A stretch of 64,000 bases of DNA, taken from the NCBI GenBank assembly GCA_002269645.1, contig NIVC01000301.1, positions 356,460-420,459 of the forward strand, given 5' to 3'. Positions 24,008-36,230 of the stretch are shown in pieces (position 1 is the first letter of the stretch; the number at the start of each line of letters is the position of its first letter). The translations under genes were made by a program, and so were the position numbers. Under the pieces are notes generated by a model, which was not told the DNA's origin, did not search any database, and was given only the letters and a program-made list of their open reading frames with translations. This DNA is from Macrostomum lignano. Its lineage: Eukaryota.

Positions 24008-24723
24008 TAAATGATTCAAACGATGCGGCAAAAGAAAACACGTTTTATTCATGAGACACATCGACTATCAAGATAATAAAGAGGTCAACATAAGCACTGG
24101 AATGCAGCTCGAAGTTCAGCTCAGAAACGCAGAAATGCCAAGAACTTATCTAGGTCCCTCTGAGGGATTAATAGGATACACGTATAGTAATTGGATGCGT
24201 TGATTGTAAAAATGGGATTTTAACCCCAATTCAGGGCTCTAGAAAAAACTTAGATTTTCTTCTTTCTAATCTCTCCTCTCATCTCTTTCCTTTTCGGTCT
24301 CTTCTCTCGCCTATCTTTTCTCTCTCATATCTTCATTCTTCTCTCTACCCCATTCCCTCTTACATTTGTATTTTCTAAAATGGGGGTCTCGGCGTTGCTT
24401 GTTTGGCAAGCTTTCGAATATTAGATTCAAAGGTTTGCTTTCGGCTCAAAACCAGTGATTTGTAGAATTGCTATTGTACAATAGGATTCTCGGGTGTCAG
24501 TTTGGCAGAATCATTTGCCATTCGTACATTTACGAGTGAACCAAGTCATTTATTGACGGTGAGCATGCGCCGTAACTATCTGTCCAATAAAATCCAATAA
24601 ATAAACATTCGAAATGTTGCTCTTAAATATCAATTTTATCCACAAGAACAGTTTAACGCTGCGGTCAATCAAAGCAAAACCTCCTCAGTTCCCTCTTTGT
24701 AACTGTCCTGCACAGCATGTCAG

Positions 24724-26483
24724 TTAAAGCTCAGTTCCTTCCAGGCATTTAACGTTGGACACGCTGATCGCCAAGACGCAAATGCCAACAGTTGCAAGCA
24801 CCGGCACCAGTGAGAATGCGATGAAGAACACTTTGTCTGCCGATGTCACGACAGTGATCCACTCGTTTCCATGGCGACTAGCTGTGCCGTCTGTTTGACA
24901 GGCATCCGATTTTTGATCAGCCGCATCGGTTCCCGTAGCATCGTTTGGCCTGCTCTTCCCAGCGACAAGCCGGTTGAGGAAGAGAGCGCGGATCAGCCGG
25001 TTGCTGACACGAGCGCTGCATTGCTGCTTGGAGTGGCAGTCGAGCACGAACGCGTTGCAGAGCACGTTCAGCATGGTCGTCATCACTGCGATGCTGAAGT
25101 ACCAGGCTGCAACGCAAACTGGTGCATATTAGTAAGCAAGCAAATGAGTTGAAGTTGACACAGCGTCACGTCCATCGCGTGACTCACTGATGAGTGGCAC
25201 GGACTCGCTCTGTGCGGGGGTGTGGCTTCCGGCCAGCTGCAGGAACACGCACATGGACAGCACGATGGTGATGCTGAAGGAGACTCGCTCGCCGCACTCG
25301 GGCGGCAGGCGGAAGGCGAACACAGAGATGGAGAGAAGGAGGATGCTGGGGAAGAACAGGTTCGTCACGTAGAAGCTGTACTTTCTCTGAAATCAGCGTT
25401 TTTTTCTTCTGCGTTAATGGATTAATGCCTTTGCACCCAGTGAAAATGAAAATTCATCCTACCTGAAACTTTATTTGATAGCGCAGTGCATGCTGCAATT
25501 TTACAATGACCTCCCGTTTGATTTTTAACTCCTGAACGCAGAACTCGCTGTTTTTGGTTAAGAAATCTTCAGCCGATGCGTTTTCAAGTTCTGCTTTTAT
25601 ATCCAGTGTCATGGATGCCACGGTCTGCATTCGAGGATTGATTGAAAAACTGCAGCTCTGACTGTCGAATGGAAAAAATAGCATCTCCATTCGGCACTTG
25701 AAAGTGATGACCAGCTCCTTTCCGTGATACACTAAGCCGGTGTTTATGATCGATGCGGGTGAGTCGTCAGAGATTTCCTTTGACTCCAACCTGTTTTTTT
25801 AATCATGGAAAACCGATTGAAAGCTTTTACTAAGCAAGTAGGTGAAGAATTCCACCCTAGCATATAAACACGCAAGTCACTCACACTTTGGTCACTGTTG
25901 TAGCCGGTTTCCAAATCAGATTGGAATCAATTAAAATGCTATGAATTTGGTCGAACGTTGAATTGAATTTTCCAAGCCAAGACAGACGCGTATCAGTCCA
26001 AACCTGGAATATAGAACCGGAGGTAAACTATGATTTTTGACCTCGTAAGCAACCTTATTGTGATCGAGTTTAATGAAAAACTGTCTTTGGTACTCTTTCC
26101 AGCCAGAACTGAAGCGTCACTTCCTGAGACGCCGAATTCTGAAACAATAAATATTATTAAGATTGATATGGACTGCAAGTCGAATATTGAAGAACTGCAC
26201 GAGGTGCTTGTAGCTCAGAGAGTTTACAATTTGGAAGTGGGGCACTCACCACGCTGGCGAGGCTGAACAAGTGGACATACAAGTTGATGAGGTTGGCGGT
26301 TCCGTTGTCGGGCGGCGGGCGGACGGCTCTGTTGTACTCGGTGTCGAGTTTCAGCGCTGCCACCACGGCAGCGTCGGGTGAGGCAACATCCACGGCTTCT
26401 ACAACAGCGAGTAGGACCGCTCCGGTTGTGATGAGGCACCAGAGAGAGGGCATGATGGAGACTGGCCTCTGTGACATCTTCAC
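24724..26483 (-). CDS. Divergent nicotinic-type Cys-loop channel subunit, copy 3
   Basis: Exons ~26483-26250 (exact ATG uncertain), 26138-26094 (45), 26003-25885 (119), 25790-25463 (328), 25386-25188 (199), 25106-24724. Cys-loop CRMEMLFFPFDSQSC. Confidence 0.9.
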
Positions 26484-27959
26484 ATTATACGTGGCAACTA
26501 TTCCACTTTTTTGCTATTTTCTCCCCTGCTGCGCTTGCAAAAATAGTCTCGCTCGACTCTCTATCGCATGTTGTTTGCCAAGGCAAACTGGCGAATGATA
26601 GGAGAGATTTGCCTTTCTGCCTGTCTCAGAACTCAGACACGAGCTAATATTACATATATTGGGCTTTCTGGCAGTCAACCGGGAAGCCGTGTTGGTCAAC
26701 AGAATTCACCCTGTTCGCCACTAATTAATGTTTAAACTGCAAATCATCTGACCCAGGATATACCAGACTGATGGATTGGCTGTTTGCTGATCATTTTTGC
26801 TATCTGCTGGACAGTCAACACTTTTTATTTGGTGAAGCAAGTCATATTTTTGGGGCAATTGCAACTGCAGCGAAAAACTAGCTTATGTCGACTGAGAGCA
26901 GGAAATAAAAAATATAATATCCCGAAGCAGACTGTTGTCTAGCTGGGAGTCTCTCGCGGGCTTGGGGTTGTCTTCAGATGGGTCAGTCAGACCAATAGCA
27001 ATGAGTTAAACGTACGCAGACACAAAGCACTTAGAGAACACTGCAATCAGAAATTAGAAGCCTCGGAAACCTAGGACTCCTCCTTGACGGAAACAAGGGT
27101 AAGAGGTTCCATATTTATATCGCGGGATTCACCACTGCCCCATGCGCACAAGACCTCGTGACTTTGTTCTATTTTTAGAACTGACGTCACTTGGGGTCTC
27201 CGGGCAGAGTGCACTAGGCTGTGACTCGGTGTCTATTTTTAGAAACATGAACACTGCATGTGCTTAGAGAAGGGAAGGGCCTTAGGCACGTGATTCTCCC
27301 GTAAACACAGACCAGCGAGTGCAGTAAACATTTTTACTGCACTTTAGGACTCCAAGAAAACAAGATCTGTCATGTGACTTGCTCACAGGACAGGGAAAAC
27401 AGGCCAATAGCGTGACTTCAAGACTGGAACGAAACAAGAGCAGACCACAGCAGAGAAGCTTGTGGCTGCAAACAGGAGCGCAGAAAACGGGCAGAGAACG
27501 GGCAGAAAGCGGGAATGAGGCAGCAAACAGGCAGACAAAAGGGAAGACGGGAAGCTGACCAGCGGCAGACAGCAACCCAGGGCGAGGGCGAGGGTGAGGG
27601 AAACTGCTGACCAAGGGCGACGCTTAACACCAAACTTGCGGATCACTACACTAGATTAGCTCGTATAGCATCTGCAACTGCCAGAGGCTCGAGTAGGAAA
27701 GGTCTCCAACTGTGAGCTCGTACGACTGTAAATTGCGTTGAAAATAAAGTAAAAAACAACGGTCAGCTGATTTTAGAGATCAGGGCTACAAGAGTTATTA
27801 TTGCGAGACAGCGCGTCAACAAGGTAAACAAAGTTTTTGGATTCACTATTTAATCATTGGATTTGCTTAGTTTTTATGCAATATTCCATTTATCTTAACA
27901 TCCCGGTTCCATTCGAAGAAAATGTTTGGTTTGCGCGATTTTACGAGTCCTGAGTCAGC

Positions 27960-29979
27960 TCAGTCGTCGTTCAGCTCAGTTCCTTCCAGGCATTTAACGT
28001 GGGACACGCTGAACACAGTTGCAAGCACCGGCACCAGTGAGAATGCGATGATGAACACTTTGTCTGCCGATGTCACGACAGTGATCCACTCGTTTCCATG
28101 GCGACTGGCTGTGCTGTCCGTTTGACAGGCATCCGATTTTTGATCAGCCGCATCGGTTCCCGTAGCATCGTTTGGCCTGTTCTTCCCAGCGACAAGCCGG
28201 TTGAGGAAGAGAGCGCGGATCAGCCGGTTGCTGACACGAGCGCTGCATTGCTGCTTGGAGTGGCAGTCGAGCACGAACGCGTTGCAGAGCACGTTCAGCA
28301 TGGTCGTCATCACTGCGATGCTGAAGTACCAGGCTGCAACGCAAACTGGTGCATATTAGTAAGCAAGCAAATGAGTTGAAGTTGACACAGCGTCCCGTCC
28401 ATCGCGTGACTCACTAATGAGTGGCACGGACTCGCTCTGTGCGGGTGTGTGGCTTCCGGCCAGCTGCAGGAACACGCACATGGACAGCACGATGGTGATG
28501 CTGAAGGAGACTCGCTCGCCGCACTCGGGCGGCAGGCGGAAGGCGAACACAGAGATGGAGAGAAGGAGGATGCTGGGGAAGAACAGGTTCGTCACGTAGA
28601 AGCCCGGCTTTCTCTGAAATGGGTGTTTTAATCTGGTGGGTTGATCCAAAATAGATATTTTTTATGATTTGACCAAGATTTCACCGCTTGGATTTCACAA
28701 TCATTGGAAAGAGCGTTTTGCAATTTGTGAAGAAACCAAGGATTTAAATGTACTGAAATGATCTTGTTTTACCTAAATATTAGATTAGATTACGAGCGTA
28801 ATTAATTTAATTAGATTTCGGCATTTTAGAAATAAATAATTATTCGCAGGATTGTGGACATCCTGGCACAGCGCCATCGGCGATCGTCCCGCAACCAGAG
28901 CTGAGACGATTCTGCTCATTCCGCTGACTCAGCTGACCACATGCCAGCGTGCGCATACTGTACGCAGGCGCGCACTCAAACACGCACAGGGTCTCGAAAA
29001 ACCCAATTTTCAACAGGTTTTCTTTGTCTCAAAACCCACAAATAGAAATTCTAATATTTAGCAGAAGCAAAGAATCAAATACCTGAAAAGTCAGGCGGTA
29101 GCGCACCAAATGCTGACTGGAGACCGTCTTTCTTTTCATTGACAACTTCTGAATGCAGAACTCGCTGTTCTCTACTAAAAACATGTGTCGAGTAGAATTG
29201 ACAATCTCCGTATCAACATTCAGTACCATCGAGTCCGTCTGCTGCATTCGAGCACTGACCCAGAAGCCGCATCTCTGCCTGTCGAACGGGAAGAAGAACA
29301 TCGCCATCTGGCACTTGAATTTGACGATCATCTCCATCCCGTGATAGACCGCAAGAGTTGGGTCATCATGAGCCTATTTGAACTAAGATGATGTCAATCT
29401 TATTACCGAAAAATCTCACCTCCTTACTACTGCCGTTTCAGGTCGCCAAATTTGGTTGCCAGCAATGTAAATTCTTTTAATATTGCCGAACGATGAGTTA
29501 AACTTTCCTAACCAAGACAGTCGCGAGTCAGTCCAAATCTGGAAAATAAAAAAAATTGTCCTAAAAAATCTTTATGAGCAGACTTTCTCGTTTTATTACC
29601 CTTTCAAGCCAAAACTGCAGCGTCACTTCCTGAGAGGCCGAGTTCTGAAATATTATGATACGCTTTTGTCAATGACGGATCGAAAACATCGCAGATCGGG
29701 TCGAAAGACAAAACTTGCACTACAGGGACAAAAGAAACAACCTACCACGCTGACGAGGCTGAACAGATAGATGTACAAGTTGATGACATTGGCGGTTCCG
29801 TTGTCGGGCGGCGGTCGGACCGCACTGTTGTACTCGGTGTCAAGTTTCAGCGCTGCCACCACGGCAGCATCGGGCGAGGCAACATTCGCGGCTTCGGCAA
29901 CAGCGAGCATGACGCAACAAGCGGTGATGAAGCGTCCATAATAGGAAATAATCGGATGACGCGTCCGTGCGATTAACAT
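27960..29979 (-). CDS. Divergent nicotinic-type Cys-loop channel subunit, copy 4 (possibly disrupted)
   Basis: Exons 29979-29746, 29644-29600 (45), 29538-29420 (119), ~29373-29083 (291 instead of 328), 28613-28415 (199), 28333-27960. Cys-loop CQMAMFFFPFDRQRC. Exon 3/4 phase conflict and an 18-nt M4 deletion. Confidence 0.8.
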
Positions 29980-30995
29980 TGTCGATTGGATAAGGTTTTA
30001 GACGTAAAGCTTTTGTTTTCCTCCGCTATCTCTCTTGTCGCTCCATATAATTTGGTGGCAGCTCATGTCCTGCTGGGCGTCCCCAGCAAAATGTATTGAT
30101 TGAATGTTTGCAATCGGGGTGACTATTGGGCCTGAGGAAGAGTTTATTGACTACGCGAAAGTCAAACAGTAGCATCGGGTAAAAAGGCCCCACGGGACTT
30201 TGTAGCAGGGGACTAATGCGAGAGATCGCAGATCTGGGCAAAATTCTGTTGACTTTACATGCAGTTCTCCGATTAGCAAGCATCAGATCATCAGATCAGT
30301 ACCTTAGATTCGCCTCTCAATCCGGAAATATTTGACAATTTCCTGTTCACATTAATGCATTCGCATTAATGGAAATGAAAGACACACACACATTGTTGGC
30401 AAACATTGCCTGGTCCAGAAGCATCATGCAATAACGTGTGGAAACACCTTAGCTCCAGATAATATGGCTCCTGGACTGGCGTTTTTTCCGGTTGTGAAGT
30501 TGAAAAATAAAAGGCGCTATACGAACGTACTTTTAGTTTGTTCAATGGGTTTTCACTTCGGCAAGCTAATTAGTTAGTTTCGAGAGTGCAATAAAATGGC
30601 ACTTTTATTTGCGTAGATGTGAAAAATATTGAATTCAAAGCTCGGATTTTGGAGCAAAACTGCGACACCGAGATAATAACGTATGAAGTAAATGGCTTTT
30701 AGATTGAAGACGTCTAGGTAACCGAATTCATGGATACAGCTAAGTGGGTCAGTTGAAAAGTGATGAAATTATGGAATTTATTGGATGGATGGTAGGTGAT
30801 TGAGTTAGTTAGGAAGACATCTGATTAGGAATGGAGTTAACTCAACAAAAATCTGCCTCTAAAAATCAATTCAGGCTTGTGCTTATCAGCATAATGAGTT
30901 TTTCTAGTGTCAAGGGTTGAATATCGATAGTGCTCAACGAGTTTAAAAGTTCATCTCGCACTTCAGTTATTGTTCAAATTCGATCAACGAGTAGT

Positions 30996-33363
30996 TTAGT
31001 TGGCCAGCCAAATGTCGCTGGTGCAGTCTCCGCCTGGGTAGCGCATCTCGTGCGCCAGGACCGGACCTTCGGGCTCGGCTCCGTAGTCCACCAAGAAGTT
31101 CTCGTCAATGGTCAGGCCGCCTTTCTCAGTGTCCACATTGATGCGGACCATCATGGTTCCGGACCTATGGATTTCAATGCATCAATGGGTTATCGACTCG
31201 GCTGAACAGATCTGAACCGATATGAAGTGGCCTTGACCTGATCTCAGCTGGACTGAGCTGGTCTGAACTGATCTGAACTGGTCTGAACTGGACTGAGCTG
31301 GTCTGAACTGGTCTGAACTGGACTGAGCTGGTCTGAACTGGACTGAGCTAGTCTGAACTGGTCTGAACTGGTCTGAACTGGTCTGAACTGATCTGAACTG
31401 GTCTGAGCTGGTCTGAACTGATATGAACTGGCCTTGAACTGATCTCAGCTGTTCTGAGCTGGTTTAAAATCTAAATCGTTCAGTCAGGATGAGTCTGACC
31501 TTGCACAGACCTGGTCTTTGGTCCCTTGGTCCAAAGTGGAGCAGGGCGGCCAGGCTTATCTAGCCTTATCTTATCAGTTATTATTCAAACCGAACCAAGG
31601 TGGTCTTCAGCGATTTTGCCTGACCTATTTTACTGCGCCTACCCTGGACCCGCTCTACAAATTAATCTACGTCACACGAGCTAAGTACGCACGAGTGACG
31701 CTTTCAAATGGAAATCTTCCGTTTGAGAGATAAGCTTGCTTCATACAGCTCAGTTTCGGGAAGTCGGGAACATTATTGTATGAGCTCATCAAAAAGTATC
31801 CAGAAGCTTCTATTCGCTTTATTCTACGACTAAGAGACGACTAAAAGATGTTGCGAGACTGCTTTTCACTCACTTCATCAGTTCCGGGTAGAACTGCTTG
31901 TCCCAAGCGGAAAACAGAGACGTGGTCACGTACAGTCGTCGACCGTCCAGGCTTAGCTGCAGCATCTGCGGCCCGCCAGCCACGCGGCGGCCTTTCACAA
32001 ACAGCCTCTTTGGCTGCTCGGTCAGCTCCGGGTCCTCGGTAACGCGTACGCCCTCGCCAGCCGCGATGCTACCGCCGAACCAGCACTGGCCAACCAGGCG
32101 GGGCTTGTGCGGATCGGTGATGTCGTACTGGCGCAAGTCTCCGTGAATCCAGTTGCTGATGTACAGGTAGCGGTCGTCAAGGGAGATAAGGATGTCGGTG
32201 ATCAGAGAAGGCATGTTAGGGAGAGCCCAGCCCTCAACTTTCTTGGGCGGCACGCTGATGACTCGCTCGGCCACCCACTTGTCGGAGCCCTCCGGCCGGT
32301 AGAAGTGGTGCACGGTGCCGCTCAGGGCACAGCCCACGAAGCCGTGGACGCTGGTCGGGTCGTGCAGGAAGCGAACTTCCAGCGGAATTTGGCCACCCTG
32401 GTCCGCCAGGTTGATCGTCTGCAGCCGCTTCCGGTTGCGCCAGTCCCAGAAGTGCAGGGAGCTGCCGTAGCCCCCGGCGTTGAGGTCATCCAGACTGAAG
32501 CCGCGCTTGAAGCAGCGCGGAGCGCCCCACTCGCTGCTCACCATGATGTTGTGCAGCGGCTGGTACCAGTAGTCGTAGCCAAACGGAGTCACATCCGACT
32601 CTGCCTGCCACGTTCCTTTAGTTTTGAAAGTCTTACCATCCAGCAGAACGAAGGCGCCCTTGCCTTCGCCCTTTGGATCGCCCATAGTACTGATCATGAT
32701 TTCCCCACTGGCCAGGCAGTGAGTCGTGTGAGGAGTCGCCAAGCCCAGCTTGTGCAATTCGGCCGGCTCAACCGCGCAGTGGACTTTCGGTGCTCTCTCG
32801 CAATCGCCGCCGACGTTCACAACGTAGATGCGGTCGCTTTTCAGGCAGGGCAAGATCATCTTGTCGCGCACGACACTGCAGTCGCCGTGGCAGCTGGAGC
32901 AGACGTTCCAGCCGGAATGGTGCAGCTCGTCGCCGTTGTGCGGCATGTAGCATCGGCCGATCACCGACGAAAAGGTCGGCGAGGCGTCGTCAACGTCGAC
33001 CACGCTGAGGTAGTCGGGCCGGTTGCCGTCGGGCACAATGCAGGTCACGTAGAGGAGCTTCTCGCGCGGTCCGGAGCGCATGGCCTCCAGAGGGCTGCTG
33101 TAGCCGGGACCCGAGCCGCCGCAGGCTGGCGAATGGGATTAGAAATTAAATTCTTTTTGGCAAGGTAATTTTGTGCCGACTGAGCGAACTTTGTCTAGGT
33201 TTGATATTCCCAGGTTTGTGATAAATCGCATTTTCACCGTCTTTGTACGTACAGAACCGGAACGATTGAATTGAGGACAGATTGAGGACAGATTCTGCAT
33301 ACAAAGTTACTCGTACGTATTTAAATGAAAACCAAACAAGAATGAAAGGTATTACTCACACAT
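30996..33363 (-). CDS. SELENBP1: Selenium-binding protein 1 / methanethiol oxidase
   Basis: Exons 33363-33360 (ATG T|GTGAGT), 33125-31874, 31164-30996. Motifs [95 protein letters not shown]. Confidence 0.96.
31245..31450. repeat. 10-bp repeat (CTGAACTGGT) in the SELENBP1 last intron
   Basis: Visible array. Confidence 0.9.
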
Positions 33364-35741
33364 GCTTTTGCAGTCTAGTCAAAATAATAACACAAAATTA
33401 TAGAAATACAGGGCAGAAGAGTTTTCTTCGTTTCTTTTCTTGGGTCGTTGCAGTCAAAGTAACCCTTGCGAGGCTCAGAACCAGCTTTATTTATATCCAA
33501 CCACTGAGACTCTTGACGCCCTGGGTGGCGTGGTTGAACAGCTTTACAATGACAGTCTTTATCTGTCAAATAATATGCAGCCCTGGGAATTCTGACCGCC
33601 ACCTCAGCTCTCACCACCCTGGCAGTGCAATGCAGTGTACATTTATTGTACTTTAACCCAGAAGATATCAAAACAAGTCTGTTAACAAACGACTTCGCTT
33701 GCAACTGCCCCGGCTTGCCACTCTTTTCACTGTGCGCCTCGCTTAGCACGCTGGCACCCGTCTAAACAGTGAATGGAGGGTGCGAGGATAGAGGCTCTAG
33801 TTCCAAGACTTCTTGCTCATTTCTCTTTGCAGACCAGCCAAGGACAACTTAAGTATAACGTAACTTCAGTTGTCCTTGAGACCAGCCTGAGCACTAACCC
33901 AACCCTGTACAGTCGGACTAGATCGCATTGCCTGGTTTAAACTACTTTCTAGATAGTAGTATCAAAAGAATTTATTGAATTTAGTCCACTTCTCTAAATA
34001 AAGAATGATACAAGTTAAAAATGTGAGTTATTGGCTCATGTCAAGGCTCATGGGGGGAATTTTTGAGATGTTAAGGCTCATGGGGGAATTGTTGAGATGT
34101 TAAGGCTTATGGGGGTAACTGAGATGCCGAGGGTCACTTAGAAGTTGTTGGTAGGCCAAGCATCAAAGAGAGAGTTAGGGTTTAGCCATGGCTTAAAGGA
34201 AGGCTTTGGTGCCAAAGTTCACAGGGGATGCTGGTATCTTAGGCTAGATATATATAGCTGGCTTTCAGGCCTGATGCTTTTTGGCTCTAACGACATTTTC
34301 CTTTAGGATACTAACAATAGCGATTGTACAAGTACAAAAACCTACATGCAGTTTTTTTACAAAAAATAGCTAGCCAAATGCTATGAATCAACATTTCTCC
34401 CTTAGAAAAAATAACGCATAGCTCTTGATGCGCAGAGTTTTGCTTCCCTTGGTTGGCTTGCTACAGAATTCCGCAATTTCGCAGCAGCAAATCAGCTGAA
34501 GAAAAAGCAGGAGCAGCTGCCGTGCTTGCATGTTTGGTGAAGTTGCGCAGTTTCCCATTTTGCTGTTGCGTCATCGCGCTTGCATGACCTGAAGAATTCC
34601 GCGTACAGAAAGTCTTGGGAAGGTCTTCCTACTTCACGATGCCTTTGCCAATGCTTTTGGCACGGACCCAACAAGGTTTCCGCTTTCAAAGCAATACAGC
34701 TATCAATTTCCCGACTGTCCCCCTTGACCCCGGCCTCTGTCACTCTACTGGTCCAAGGAAATCCATATCTGGTAGCTAGTTGGGGCTCTAGATCTCTATG
34801 ACTGGTCTAACGAACTGTTCAAACGAGAAAATCTTCAGATGCAAGCACAGATCCCGGAACTTCTATAGGGGGGGGGATAAATGCCATATGCAGACGCATC
34901 AACAGTCTACGCATTACTAGCTGTGTTTTCTCAGCGCATTCCCCTCCTGCAAAGCAGTGCCAATCGGTACAGCCATCCATTCCCCGTACCTGTAGCAGAG
35001 GAAACTGCCCCTCAGCTACAGGCCTCCATCCTCTCTCCCAGTTAACCCCCTCCTGCCTGCAGCGTACACAGATTGCTGCGTTAAGGCCTCTCCCAGCCCC
35101 TTCGGCCTGGCTACGCAACTGGGAGTCTCTCAATCGTCATTGGTGGCGCGTGGCTCTGGTGAGGCTGGCAATCGCTGCATCACTTGATTCCCCCTGCACC
35201 AATCTCCCCAACTGTCTCCCCTCTCTCCGTCTCGCCCAAACTCCGAACCCAATGAAGTTTTCGGTGTCGCCAAAGCTCCAACACGCGCAGACAGCCTGGC
35301 GGGCAGGCAGACATACAGGAGGCCCACCGGCAGCGAGGCGCAGGCCGATTCCAAGGGCGAACCAGGGGGGAGCTGGCCTGACAACTAAGAGAAAAAACTG
35401 AAGTAGGGGTGGCTCAGCCATGCCTGTGAGGCGCAGTCGCCCCCCTCTTCTACCCTGGTCCCTTCCTCTCCTGTGACATCTGCCTCCGACCCCCACTCTG
35501 TTGGAGGACAGTCCGCATGAACAAACTGTCACCAACGAAGACTCCGTCCTTTGCCCGGAGACAACCGTCAGTGACAGCCAGTAAGTTTGATATCTTTGAT
35601 GCTGCAATAGCTTCTGGTTGATTCGGAACTGAATTTGAGCTGCTCCGGAGTCAGAAACATTCCCTGACATCCGAGAGCTGCAGCAGTCAGCGCTGGGATG
35701 CAGCATTGGCTTTCTTATCGTCAGACATGTACGCGCGATCT

Positions 35742-36230
35742 CTAAGACATTTGCTCTAAGACATTTGGTCTAAGACATTTGCTCTAAGACATTTGCTCTA
35801 AGACATTTGCTCTAAGACATTTGCTCTAAGACATTTGCTCTAAGACATTTGCTCTAAGACATTTGCTCTAAGACATTTGCTCTAAGACATTTGCTCTAAG
35901 ACATTTGGTCTAAGACATTTGCTCTAAGACATTTGCTCTAAGACATTTGGTCTAAGACATTTGCTCTAAGACACTTGCTCTAAGACATTTGCTCTAAGAC
36001 ATTTGCTCTAAGACATTTGCTCTAAGACATTTGCTCTAAGACATTTGCTCTAAGACATTTGCTCTAAGACATTTGCTCTAAGACATTTGCTCTAAGACAT
36101 TTGCTCTAAGACATTTGCTCTAAGACATTTGCTCTAAGACATTTGCTCTAAGACATTTGCTCTAAGACATTTGCTCTAAGACATTTGCTCTAAGACATTT
36201 GCTCTAAGACATTTGCTCTAAGACATTTGG
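35742..36230. repeat. 14-bp minisatellite (CTAAGACATTTGCT), ~35 copies
   Basis: Highly homogeneous visible array. Confidence 0.97.

Noticed and set aside
32107-33168. 353-aa plus-strand ORF
   Set aside because: Antisense shadow of the GC-rich SELENBP1 exon, with no recognisable motifs.
34400-35720. GC-richer segment with short ORFs (including an FVGDSL string)
   Set aside because: I could not establish a coherent domain or exon chain. It may be a decayed TE but cannot be supported.
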